A stretch of DNA of 64,000 bases from Lama guanicoe (taxonomy: Eukaryota), in the NCBI GenBank assembly GCA_013239625.1, contig MU054187.1, positions 23,746,795-23,810,794 on the forward strand, written 5' to 3'. The position numbers were made by a program, and so were the translations under genes. Positions 1-12,469 of this stretch are shown piece after piece. Every line of letters begins with the position of its first letter. Position 1 is the first letter of the stretch. Below the pieces are notes generated by a model, which did no database searches, was not told the origin of the DNA, and saw only the letters and a list, made by a program, of their open reading frames with translations.

Positions 1-999
1 CTTATGGACATTGTCTAATTGCTTAATTCTAAGGCTGATCTAATTGCCATATTTAATTATAGATTGTTTTGAACTTTATCTGTTCTGTTGAGAACGCATA
101 TTCCCTTCTTGTTTGTTGATTTAATCAGAAATGGACTCTTTAAAGAAGAGTTTAGTTTATGACTTTGAATTAAAAATAGCATTTGGCAAGCAATCCCCCT
201 CATAGAGTCTCTCCTGGTATCTCATGGAAATTCTAAGACTCTGGGGAGAAAACATAAAATCTCACAACTCCATCTAAGGAGAGGGAAAGATAATCTACTT
301 ACTGACAGAATCTGGCAGGAATTGGAGAAACCAGTGTTCTTACCTTGTGTCGCTTCACTGACACACAGCAGCCGAGAGAGGATTAAAATTTACTTGACCC
401 TACCCCCACTTGCTGTCCCCCAGCCCAAAAGTGCAGGATCTGCAAAAACAAAAAAATCAATATTACTTTCTCCTGGGGTAGTACTGCTTTTTGAGATAGT
501 GAGAAAATTGCTTCCTTATTCGACTCCATCACATCACACACAGTCATTTGGATCTTCAAAGTTCAAAATGCCACTGGGTAAGATCCAAGGAGAATGGGCT
601 GACAGCACTTTGTATTTTGGGTCCTGTGGCTCCACAAGTAAAGTATTATCAAAAACCCTGCAGAGTGAAGATAATTTGGTAGCAGTGCACGAGCCCCTAA
701 ATCGATCGGATGACAATAATACAGCTTGGGATGGAAACTGTGCATAGTAAGCTTTTAACAAATCCTTCAATTCTCAGCATCAGCCGTATATTCAAGTTTG
801 GCCCTGATAATCTCAAGCAGAGTCATCTCTTACCCACAAGGATTGGTCGCTGGCATTTTGTACAAATGAAGTTAATGGTAAAGCTACAACTCCTGAGAAG
901 ATGCAGTGCATTAAAGGGACAACGTGGAGCTTTACCTTAGTGAATACCGTGATTCTGGAAAACAGATATGGTTAAATAAATCTTCCCCCACTCCCAACC

Positions 1000-1564
1000 C
1001 TTTGTGTTTCAGAGCACCTTGTAGCATGGAACCACCTGAAATAAGGCTCAAGAATGCCCCTCTTCTTTACCTATGACAAGTCAGACACAGACTCCCCATA
1101 TTTCATTCTTTATTTATAAAAGATGAACAGAACTGCCTGTCCCTGATCAGTGGGGAAAAAATGCTTGTTACCAAATATTGGCTAAGCTTCTTCACTCCTC
1201 CCAGGACCCTGGACTCTGACTAATCCTTGACATGAGCCAGCGTTGCAGTGCTTCCCTGAGGCCTCTCTGAGCATAGGCTGGTATCAGGAGAAAGCAGTCT
1301 CTGATCTGCTCCAGTGATGCCACCCTTTCATCCCACCTCCCCTTACCTGGCCCTCTCCAGTCTTGTTTACTCCTCCCTATAAAATAAAAACTCTTTTGCT
1401 TAAGCCTTGAGAACCTTGAAGAGCCCATGGTAGCAGTGTTCTCTCCCTGTGGCAATAGTAATCTCCTACTTGCCACCGTCCAATTCCTGTTCTCTTGAAA
1501 TGAGCATTAAAATTAAAGTCTCTCCTATTTAAAAAAATATGTTTGGACTTGTAGTTTATTTGAC
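1000..1564 (+). mobile_element. ERV1 LTR, MER67/MER31-like (5' boundary approximate)
   Basis: CCCTATAAAA TATA region at ~1375, 'gtgttctctccctgtggcaatagt', ATTAAAgtctctcct poly(A) region and terminal 'tttatttgaca' resemble the MER31/MER67 3' half. Confidence 0.65.
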
Positions 1565-2614
1565 AGAGGATTCTTCTAAATTTCATTCATCTTTTTATCT
1601 CAGTGTTTTCTATTGAAAACTATATTTCTTTCAGAAGCATATGCTTTTCTTTCTAATGCACATCACCGTAGTTGGTCTAGCATTAATAACCCTTCATACA
1701 TCTTTCCGATGTTGGTTCCTTTAGGAAAATTTCCCTGATCTCCTAAGCCCTAGACTCCCATGGGTCATCATGTTCTCAATTTTTCTAATTGTTTTATTTT
1801 CACATCAAATTGTAGGCTCTTTGAGGGACTTTTGTCTTATGCTCCCAACACCTACTCTAGAGAAAGGAGAAAGGCATATAGTAGATGATGTTCAACAGAT
1901 GTTTGTCGGATTCATAATTTTGTTAAACATCAGAAGGCAATTTGCCTGGGTTATGCCTTCTTTATATGCTAATTATTAATTTTATAAGATGGGGAGTAGT
2001 CTCAAAAACAACATTGATGTTTTCCAGGTATGACTGTTAATGAGTTCCTGTTGCAAGAGGCAGATGGGGAGAGAAGCAGAGAGTCTTTTCATCATCAATC
2101 GGACTGGCACTTTTGCTCTGTCTCTGGTACATTATACTCACGGGAAACTCAACTTGGTTTTTTTCAGTTCAATTCCATCTGCCTTCTAAGTGGCAAAAAT
2201 TTCTCCAACTCTGGCCATAGTATCCAAATCATTTCTAAATGTTTTGGTGTTGTTGAGAGTTTCCGTATTTATTCTGTTTTTTAGGGGGTATCCCAGCGGA
2301 AAATTAGCAGAGGTTGTGTAAAGACCACTAGCTAGAGGATATTTTCAACCAGAAACATAATTAGAGAAAATTGAGAGACAATTTAGCTGCCAGAATCTGG
2401 AGTTAACCCTCTGAGCAAGAATTCTTCTTCTCTCTCATTCAGCCTTGACTCTAATTCTCTTGCCAGCCTCTTCTATTCTTAACACAAATTGTTGCAGTAA
2501 GAAGGTATACCAGGAAAGGGAGGAGACACAATCCCAGTTACACTTAAGAGAGTGCTTAGTATTTTTGAAATGATGTAAGGTCATCATATATTAACTCAGA
2601 GAAATTAGTATTCA

Positions 2615-3048
2615 TATCTGGACAAGTTAGGGTCCCAGCAGAAAATATATCACAAAATTAGGATAATTTGGTTAACCATTTATGAAATCACAGTGTAGGA
2701 AACCGTAAGGACAGTGCATAAGGCCGGGGTTGGTAATTCTAGACTCTCCTTAATACAGCTAAGCTTGAAGAAACAAGTGAAAGAAGCAGCTAATGAAACC
2801 TAAAAACAGAGAGAGCTGTGTGAAGAAAGACTCCTGGCAAGAATTAAAAACTTCAGGTGAAGCGATACAGCCTTAAAACCTTCAGTTGATACACGCAACC
2901 AACTTCCAATAATCCCACAGAGAGGGGTCAACAGCAAAGGACTAAATACCCCAAACTCACTCTCCTCCCTCCCACCAATCCTCCAGCAGTACTGCCATTG
3001 GCAAACTCAACCAGCAAGGAAGTTTGTTGATGTTGTCCGAATTGATCA
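2615..3048. mobile_element. ERVL-type LTR remnant (LTR33-like)
   Basis: 'agggtcccagcagaaaa...aaattaggataatttg' start and 'gccattggcaaactcaaccagcaagg...ttgatgttgtcc' end resemble the LTR33 family. Confidence 0.5.
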
Positions 3049-5060
3049 GATCAGCAAACAATGCCCTGTGGACCAAATTCAGCTTGCTACCTGTTTTTGT
3101 ATGGCCTGCAAGCTAAGAATGGCTTTCACATAATTAAAGATTTGAGGGCAGAAAAATCAAAGTAAAAATATTTATGACACATTAAAAACTATATGAAACA
3201 AATTTCAGTGTCAATAAAGCTTTATTAGAACACAGTCACGCTTATCTGTTTGCATATTGTATATGACTGCTTCTGCACTAAAATGGCAGAAATGAGTAAC
3301 TGCAACAAGACTGTGTGTGGCCTCGTAACTTTGCATTACTGCTCAGATTATTGCTGTCACAGTGACACAGTCACAACTAGACAGTGTTGTGGATGCCACT
3401 TGTATAATTGTACTGGGCTATTTTGTTATTTATTTACTTCAAGGCATACTCATCACATCAAAACCATAAAAGTGGACTTTGTCATGATTTTAAGGTGGAA
3501 TGAGGTATAGTTTATTTTATTATAGAATCAGTTGGCTAACATGTTTATTGTTCAATTATAACTGTATGAAAAGAATACAGTACACATTGATGTCAACGTA
3601 AGTGCTTATGACAATATCCCTAACTTACTGGAAAGTGACAGGGAAAAAAATAGAAAATTTGAAATGGGATATTTAATAATGGCAGAATTTCTTCACACAA
3701 ATAAAAAACTAAAAATTAGACTGGAAGACTGGAACCAAAATAAATTTCTACATAGCTCATTTGCAAACCAAACAAGGAACATCATTTAATTAAATTGTGT
3801 TTGATTGTAGTGACTAAAGTACCCAGAAAAAATAAGCTTGGTCAGGACTAATAGCTTTTTGGTACGAATAATTGTTCAAAGATTTGAGAACTTGAGTAAA
3901 ACAGTGATAGTTGATTAAGGAAAAACAGAGCAATTGATTTCAAGTGGTTTCTTGATAAGTCAGTAAATGATATTGATACTGCTTAGATGTTGTTATCTGA
4001 GGAGCCAATGACAACTTGGAAGTGGTTAAAAAATCTACTTATGTGAATATTTTCTATGGATAAGAAAGAATACTTTCAAAGAAGTTGAGGAAATATGAAT
4101 TCAGTACAACTTGAAAAAGAATCTGTTAAGATATATTACAACAGATGGTGATAAAAATGCATGTGTCGTAGAAATAAGAAAAGTTGGACAAAGTTACAAA
4201 GCTTGTGAGAATGTAATGTGGTTAAAGCTATTCACTATAATGGTCCTGCAGGTACTTTGTGGAAAATATTTATCCATTTGTTATTGTAAATATGAGCTTC
4301 ATTTGCTCTTATGACTTTTTATTATTGTCAGTTGTATTTGTTTTTTGTTAGAAATAAAAGCTAAATGATCGGACCTGACCTACTTCACAGAAGTTGGATG
4401 ACTTAAAGTAATAAAATGTCATGGGAATGTTTTTTGAACATGAGACCAGAACTTTTTTTCCGAATGAAAAAAAATTGCTTCAACCACTATTAATTATAGA
4501 CATAATAATATTTCTTAATAAATCAACTTAAAATTAACAGGCAGAGTAGTACTTATATGTGCAGCTACAGTCATTTCAACAACTCATGTTTGAATCACTT
4601 CTCATGATGTAAAAAGTTAAACCAAGAAATGGGATTCTCCATTCCCACGAAAATTTGTGATAGATGTATTTCCTGAACTCAGACTACAGATCCAGTTTTG
4701 TTTTTTGGACCTTGATACAAGTGTAAAAGAAATTTTCACATTTCAAAATCCAGTTAACTGCACAATTGAAGAACTTCCATCTAACATACAAATAGAAGTG
4801 ACTCTCAGCATAATGACTAAAAGGTGCATGTCAAGAGAAGAATCTAACAGAATTCTGTAAATGATTATCAAGAGATGAATGTGTTCAACTGAAATTATAA
4901 GCTTGTGAATTGGGATCAGTATTTAACGGTACTAATTTGTGTGAAGAGACATCGCCTAAGAAAAACTATGTAAAATCTAATTATGTAGTAGCACCACACA
5001 CTAAATGTCAACCTCCATTAAGCACAATTTTATCCAGAATTGCTGAGATCAAAGTTTATT
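3049..5060 (+). mobile_element. Charlie1-like hAT DNA transposon with decayed transposase
   Basis: MER58-like left end (3050-3320). ORF fragments: LLRYITTDGDKN (catalytic TTDG motif, 4111-4314), FQNPVNCTIEELPSNIQIEV (4657-4860), SVFNGTNLCEETSPKKNYVKS (hAT dimerisation FGSTYLCE-type motif, 4910-5000). Many stops and frameshifts. Confidence 0.85.
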
Positions 5061-5079
5061 TCTCATTTGAACTGTGGCT

Positions 5080-6740
5080 TCTAACTTTTCCAGGGACTTT
5101 CTGATTGCTTTCTTTCACATTTTTTGAAGTCTGTACTTTTATTCTTTCTTCTGAATTTTCCAAGTTTTTATTTTGATACCAGTTCTATCATGTCTCCTGC
5201 TTTTTTTCTTAAAGTCCTCTTTCATGGCTGCCAGCCATTTTTCCTCCTTCTCCAATTTAAAAACTTTCCCCTAGCCCCACAGCATTGTTGTTAGAGAGAA
5301 CTCTAAGAGAAATTGAATATTTCTGCATTTTCCCCACCCATGTTCTGTGACTATTAGTTGTTTTTCTACGACTCTAATTCAGCAAATTACTAAAATAAGG
5401 TTCATGGGAGATAACATTTATGGACCTGAAAATGTCTTCATTTTGTCCACATTCGGTGATATTTTTGGCTGGGTATAAAAATCAAGACTATAAATTTTTT
5501 TAAATTACTCTGATGGTTTTTCTTCACAACTTTTTAGCATAACCAACAAGTTTATTGTCATTCAATTCTCATTTATTAATGGATATCTTATTATGATTAC
5601 TGTCAATCTAGAGTATTTCATAACTTTTAAATACTATGAAGACTGACATACGATAATCATAGATTAGGTATGAGTCTCTTCCTTCATTCTGTTCAGAATT
5701 CTCTAGGTGCTCTTATTGACCAAAACTCTGGGTTCTTCATCTCCCCTAATTTTTCCTTCTCTGTTAAATAATAAAATATAGGACACCCTGCCTTGATCTT
5801 GAATGTCTTTTACTTCTGTTTTCAAAAATTACATTTGCCAGTTATTTGTCTTTCTGTTCTATTTTTTGGAGAGTCCCTCAAAATTATTTTCCTTTTCTTG
5901 TATTTTATTTTAAAATTTGCAATTATTTGTTTACTTTCTTGGAATGCTTTCTTGTCCCCAGTCATTTCAGTGATCTTTCTAAGAAGAGTGCTACTGCAAA
6001 TGCTGGTTAATTGTGAACATTTTCTAATATATTTTTAGATTCTTCGAGGACATTCTTTTCTACGTGCCTTGGATTTTTTTTTATGTTAATTGCTAAGTGA
6101 TATTGTATTCTCTATTTATATTTTAAATTAAGGTATTAAAGAAGTCCTTTACGTACTTAGGTAAATATAGTCAGTTAGCTTTTGCATAAGGTAATAGGTT
6201 GAGGTTCTGCCCATTACCCTGGAAATCTCTTATATGCCAAAAAGAATGAAATTTTAATCTGGTGTGATAAAATGTACAAGTGTCAGCTCTAACTTTCCAG
6301 ATAACTTTTATGATTTCCGTAAAGAATAGTGTTCTAATATTTTTACCTGGGCTAAAAGACTAGCTGAATACTCTGTATTCACATAGCTCATAAAGGAGAG
6401 GAATGAGCAAACCAAGAGCTCTATCTATAAACCTTCAGTTAGTGCCTCTTCTTTCAACTGTGTGCATATCTCTGCCTCTCCCTTTGCTGAACTTGTGGCT
6501 TAACTTGGCTTCCTTAACTTGCCTGCCTTAGTGTATATTCTAGACTGTGGCTTCTCTTCTCTCTCTAATCAATCTGTAATAGTGATTTCCTTCTGGTTTT
6601 TCAGACATTATTGAAAAATGTGTTCAGTAACAGAGTATCCTCATGCTCTCTCTGTTTTAATTTCTTTGATGTATTTTAATGGGCTATTGAGAAAGAAGAG
6701 AGAAATTGAGGCTCCATCTGCCATATTGAAATGGAAGTAC
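5080..6740 (-). mobile_element. Ancient L1ME/HAL1-like 5' region
   Basis: T-rich plus strand, 'tttggctgggtataaaaat' motif; 6712-6738 reverse-complements to 'acttccatttcaatatggcagatggag', typical of old L1/HAL1 5' ends. Confidence 0.55.
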
Positions 6741-6741
6741 A

Positions 6742-8650
6742 CATTCAGCAAAAATGTACTGAGCGCCTACTGTGTGGCAGCACTTTGCCATATTTTAATG
6801 AACAGAACAAAAATGTTTTCTTGATCTTTTAAGTTTTACTTTCTAGTGGTAATGGCAATTGATAAGTAAATTTTTATAGTATAATTAAAAATTGTAATAA
6901 ATAACATGAAGAAAAAGGACAGTGTCCTGTGAGAGAGAATGACAAAAGAGACCAACTCTAGATTTGATGGTCAGAGGAAAAAAAAAAAGAGTAGAAAGCA
7001 GTTATGTCCAGCCTTAAAAGAGAAGCAAGAGGCAATAATGAAAAGAGAAAGTGGGTAGAATATTACAGGCAAAAAAGTCTTTATTTGGAAAAGCCTTTAT
7101 GTAGTAGAAATGAGTGACTGAAAGCAAGCCAAGGAGGCTGTGAGTGAGGGGCAGTAGACAAAGAAGGGTCTAGAGACAGAAGTAGGGGCTACATTATTCA
7201 GGGTATTACAAACCATGAAAGAGTATAGATTTTATGTACTTTTTGACATGCTTTATTCAGGGGTATGAAATAATTTATTTTATATTTTAAGAAGATTGTT
7301 TTGCTTTTCTGAGGAGAAGAGATTGGAGAGAAGAGGTGGGGAGGTAAGACTAAATGTTAAGAGTTTGTCTCAGTAATTCCAGTGAGAGAGACAAGTGTGA
7401 CCTGAGCTAACATGAGCGGTAGAGGAGAAAAGAAAGAAAACAGATCCTATATGTTGGTGAAAGATTAAATTACTGAGACTTACTGATGAACTGGTCATGA
7501 GGGGTGAAAAAAAGAGAAGAATCCAGAACACTCTTGAGCTATTTACTATAAAACTGATTGCTTTGTGAAATTTTTATCAGGATGGGGAAGGCTGAGGAAA
7601 AAAGTAAGGAAGAATTTAATTTTAGACTTGTTAAGATTAAGATGACAGTGAAACATTTAAATGGAAATGCCAACTCAAGAAGGCTAGACTGAGGAGTTAA
7701 ATTTTTGTTTTATTAGTGCATACATGGTAATGAAAACCATGTGGCTGGATGAGAAGATCTCAGGAGAAATAAGAAAGAAGGAAGGGAACCTAATTCTCAG
7801 GTCAGAAAGAGGCAGAAGAGCCAGCAATGGAGACTGAGAAATCATGTAATCAGGAAGGCATAGGAAAAAATCCAGGAAATTCTGAGATCAATCATGAAAG
7901 TGAAGAAACAATTGAGTTCAAAGAAGGAAGCTTTCAAATGAAAGGCAGAGAAATATGCATTAAATTTGTTGATTTTGACAATGGCAGTTTCAGAGAAGGC
8001 AAGTTGATTAGAGTTTTTTGAAGAGTAAATGAGAGATAAGGAAGTGGTTGGGAAAAGCATGTGCAGAAAATTATTGTCAGAATTTTAGACACAAAGGAGA
8101 CCAGAAAGGAACTGAATAGGCATATGGGGTAAAGGAGGGTTTTGTTTATTTGCTTATTTGTTTGATTATAAGATGAAAGACATTGCATCCTTTTTATGTA
8201 GAGTGCCTACGTAAGTGCTCAGGCCCACAGCTGTGCCCGCGACGCTCCAGATGGCCGGAGAAGAGGGCCAGCAGTCTCCCCAGTTTTCTCCAGTGTGACT
8301 TAAAATTATTATAACTTTATATGTGTGTCATGATGTGAAACATGTTGTGAAAGAGTGATTTCTGACATATGGAAATCATCTAGGAAAGAGAGAGGAGAGA
8401 CAGAGTTCCATGATGCAAAAAGAGAGAAAATATCCAAAGAGGCAAAGTCATAAAGGAGAGACAAAGCAACCACTGCCAAGAGAAAGAAAAATCCTCCCCC
8501 TTTATTTCAGTAAAAAAGGAAATAAGATACTGGCAGATGAAGGTGGATTGTAGATTTGGGCATGAGATGATTTGTGAATGATTTCCATTCTCTATGTGAA
8601 ATACAAAGCAAGATGAATATAAGAAAGTGTAGAGGGAAAATATAGGGCAT
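6742..8650 (-). mobile_element. L2 LINE fragment, interrupted at ~8200-8357
   Basis: 'cattcagcaaaaatgtactgagcgcctactgtgtggcagcact' (antisense L2 3' end), followed by a long purine-rich L2 body. Confidence 0.75.
8200..8357. mobile_element. Short non-autonomous hAT element (Charlie4z-like)
   Basis: End 'atgtgtgtcatgatgtgaaacatgttgtgaaagagtg' resembles Charlie-family termini; GC-rich core; interrupts L2. Confidence 0.5.
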
Positions 8651-8794
8651 TGGAAAAGCAGAGACATGGTGTATTTACTGCAAAGACGAAAAACTATGTT
8701 ACTTTGGTAAGATGCTGTATGCTACTTTTGCTAGGCTTTTCTGATCAAAGAAGATGCAATGTCCATAAATTTAGTTATAAAGCTATTTGTATAC

Positions 8795-8920
8795 ATTGCT
8801 TAAATCTAGAATGTAAACTCCTAGAGGCCAGGAATGTTTGTCTCCCTTAGGGCTTCATCACTGACACTTTCTGCACAATACATATTTTTTGAATGAATGA
8901 ATGAGCAATGAATGAATGAA
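8795..8920 (+). mobile_element. L2 3' end
   Basis: 'tagaatgtaaactcctagaggccagg...tttgaatgaatgaatga'. Confidence 0.75.
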
Positions 8921-11339
8921 CAACAAAAGGGTTTTATAGGACCAGGAGATTTTTCAATAGATTGCAGGTTTGCTTAGGGAGGGAAAAATCAGCTTTTGTC
9001 CAATTATTTACCTTCCTCCATCTTTTCCTTCTCTATTTTTCCCTTCTCATCCAAATACAATAAAACATGGGAGCCATCATTTCCAGCCAAACCCTTTTTA
9101 AAATATTGCTCCCTAATGTAAAGGCTGACTTTCAGCCAAAATGCCTATAAGCAATTTAATTGGACAAATATTAGAACAAATTAAAATTTTAATCATAAAT
9201 CCTCCAAGTAAGAATTGTCTTTCTAGCATAATATTTCGATCCTGGATGGTCTTTTCACACAGAATGCCAAAGTCAGCACTTTTCCATGAATCCTTTGCAA
9301 ACAGATTTAAGCTACAGCCTTAGCTTGATCGACTCCACTTTCTTTTCTGCTTCAAGGAAACCTGTTGTCTCTGCTGGCATATTTACTGCTGCCCTTGCAA
9401 ATATATGAACTATCCCAAGCATAACATGACCACAGATGGTAGAAAGCTCACTTTAATCAATCCCTTGCTGTGTTTCTGGAACTGCCACTGGCAGCCCCAG
9501 CTTCACGGCCGACTGTCAGTGCGCAGCCTGTGCACATGGGTTGTGTGAAGCACTGATCGATTTAATTTCAATGGAGCGCAGTGTAGCATCTTTATCTCAC
9601 AGTTTTTAAGAAAGTAAATATTTATATTCCAGTACTCTCCAGCTATTTCAAGGATGACTACTCGATTTGAGAGAAGACACTTCAGACTAGCAGAAACTTT
9701 GGTTTGAAAACAAGTAGGCAGATAATGTGAGATGCTGTGATCGTCCCCAAGTGACTATAAAGTCGTTTCAAGTAGTCTTTTGCTTCGTTGGACTAATGGA
9801 AAAGGGGCATAGCTTGTTATATTAACCAAATGGATATCATCATTATCTGCTTCCGGGGAAGCCAGACTTGAGGTTCGTTTGCCAATCTCAAGTACAAAGT
9901 GCAGTATGATCGCCTGACTCAGATTTTAGTGGAGAATGCTGTCTTTCATCTCTGCAGCTTTAACACCTGTTTGTGAAATAAAACTGCAGTCTTGGAAGAG
10001 ATTGTATCCTCTGCCAGCTGCAGGGTAAATGCAGCATTTCTATCTGCTCTTAAGGCCTTGGGGAGAATATCAGGAGAGTAGAGGAAATGTAGGATAAAAC
10101 ACACCAAAAGGAGCAATCTGATTAGGCTGACTGAGATTCTCATACCTTGGTAAATCACAGAGACAAAAATCGTGTTGGGTTGCTGCACAGCTCTAGAACA
10201 AGGAAAATTATAAACCTTATTTACAAATAGGAAAAGTTAGACCTGATCTTATTCATAAGTGTACACATTCTTCTCTTTGGTCAAATTAATTAAAAATATT
10301 CTGAAATACGGCCTACAAATATTACAATAACTGAAAAAATTCTCTATAAGAGATTCTTCCTACTTATCAAAATTCTGCTCATATTATAAAAGTTCCAGAA
10401 ATAAACTTAATGATTCTCAAATGCTGCCTTAATTTATCCTTTGTTCTAATTTTAATTTCACAACTTTTACTATTTTTTTTTTTACAATTTTTGCTGATTC
10501 ACAGAATCAAAACAATATACCCCCTAAATCAAGACAAGTTAAGAAGCAACATTTGGGTGTCCAGATACCACCTAACATTAAGAGAATAAATATTGAAAAT
10601 TGGGTCAAAATCTCAACAGGCGAAAGGATTCTTTCTATCGTCAAGGTGTTAGTCTTCATAGTCACATTGGAGGTTATAGCTTCATCATGTGTTAAATGGT
10701 ACAGTTAAAAAACCTGGAAATACTCCAGCCATATTCACACCAAGAGTGGACCATTAGAATTCCTACACATTTGTAACTAGATTTTTGCAGAAAGTTAGTT
10801 GGGTTATACTTGATATTAATTAATGTAGCAATATTCCTATTGAGAAGGAAAGGAAAATCATCCAAATAACTTGTAGAAACAATGCAATATAATGCTGATT
10901 ATATAATTTATATGTAGTACATGTTCAGTTTATATATAATTATATATATAATTTTTTGGCTACGTACTTATTAATTCTAACTTTAGCATTTTTCAGATGG
11001 CACTAATCAATGTGTATTTCATAGAATTTTCAGGTATAAGTGTCAAGCTTTTTTTTTTTAACAGTATAAATCTATGGGTCCATTCATGACTTGTATGAAA
11101 AGAATTACCACATATTCTCTTATTATAGTTTGAAACAGGCATGTAGTTAAACAACTCACTGTATTTAAATTTCATGATTCTGAGACCTCGTTTTTTTAAT
11201 CATGTTATCCATCACTAGGCTGAGAAACAGCATTTGTATTCAGTTTTGTTACACAATTAGAAAATTTATTTTAAAATATTAATTCTGATTAATTACATAT
11301 GAGGAAAATCACAAAAATTCTCATTTTGAAAATAGAACC

Positions 11340-11851
11340 AAATGGACATTATTTGTTGCCTTTCCTGCATCTATCCTTGACTTTCCCCCACCCTCAAAGT
11401 TCCCTGATTTTAGTTTCAGGTTGCTCTCTCTGACCTGTTGGTTACACATTCTAGACCCAGGCTGATCAGTCCATGACATTTTTCTGGCCACCAGGAGTGA
11501 TTCATATGTAAGCAAGTTACCCAATTCAGGCCAGAATTTTGCATAGCATATTTGTTGATGCTTTTCTATGGAGAAAAGACACATTCTCTCTTTCTGTGGA
11601 CACTGTGGTATGAGAGTTTAGAGTGTGGATTACAAGAGCTTTTTCCACAATAATCTCCCTCCTGATAAAGCCAAGTAAGACCGGACAGTTGGGAAAATCC
11701 TGTAGACATCGCACTAAGGACACTGGATTTAGCCATTCCCGAAGACTACCTTTCCCTGGTCCTCTAGTTACATCAGAAAATACATTTCCCTAGAGTTTGA
11801 TCTAGTTTGAGCTGTATGTTATTTGTAGATGAAAGTGTTATAACTGATACA
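11340..11851 (+). mobile_element. MaLR LTR (MLT1J/K-like)
   Basis: 3' end 'tagtttgagctg...ttatttgtagatgaaagtgttataactgataca' is typical of old MLT1. Confidence 0.7.
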
Positions 11852-11899
11852 TATGAATATTTTTACCATTGATTATTTTCAGTATTCTAAAAGAGTGCC

Positions 11900-12050
11900 A
11901 AATATGTTCTATGTGTTATCTGTCGTGACACAATACGAAGTAACTATTACAATAATTTAAATATTAAAGATACAGCTCAGAATCACATAGCTGCTAAGTG
12001 GTAGAGCCAGAATTTGTACCAGAACCTGTTTGCCCTCAAAATCTGCCAAG
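11900..12050 (-). mobile_element. MIR SINE fragment
   Basis: 'aatcacatagctgctaagtggtagagccagaatttgtaccag' MIR core. Confidence 0.7.
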
Positions 12051-12469
12051 TTGTTTTATCTCAGCACTATTCAGTGATCAATATATTAGCACATTTGGAG
12101 GAAATACAGAGGGAGAGTCTATGTGAATACTTTTTGATTGTCAAAAATATGAGGCATAATCTCAGTCACTCCTGTCTTGAAGGCAAAAGAGCACTTTACT
12201 TATTCTATTGGCTATTAAAATCCAGTTCTGTGCCTCAGAACCAGACAATGCTTGCTATCACTTGATGCCAAGAAGGCCACGTTTGTTTAGAGCCTTTTGA
12301 GCTAAAGTATTTATGTAAATCATATTACTGAGACAGTTGGAGTGCCTCAGGCATAGGAAAAATGCTCAGAAGGGAAGAAAGAGTTCCCCTTTATTGATAA
12401 ATCTGAACTCTTGCAGTTAGTGTGATAAAAAGAGAATAGAAACATACAATCTGTATAAAGCAATATTAT

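Noticed and set aside
322..747. Longest ORF (141 aa) as a protein-coding gene
   Set aside because: Non-ATG start in a eukaryotic context, no recognisable domain or homology, and no supporting exon structure
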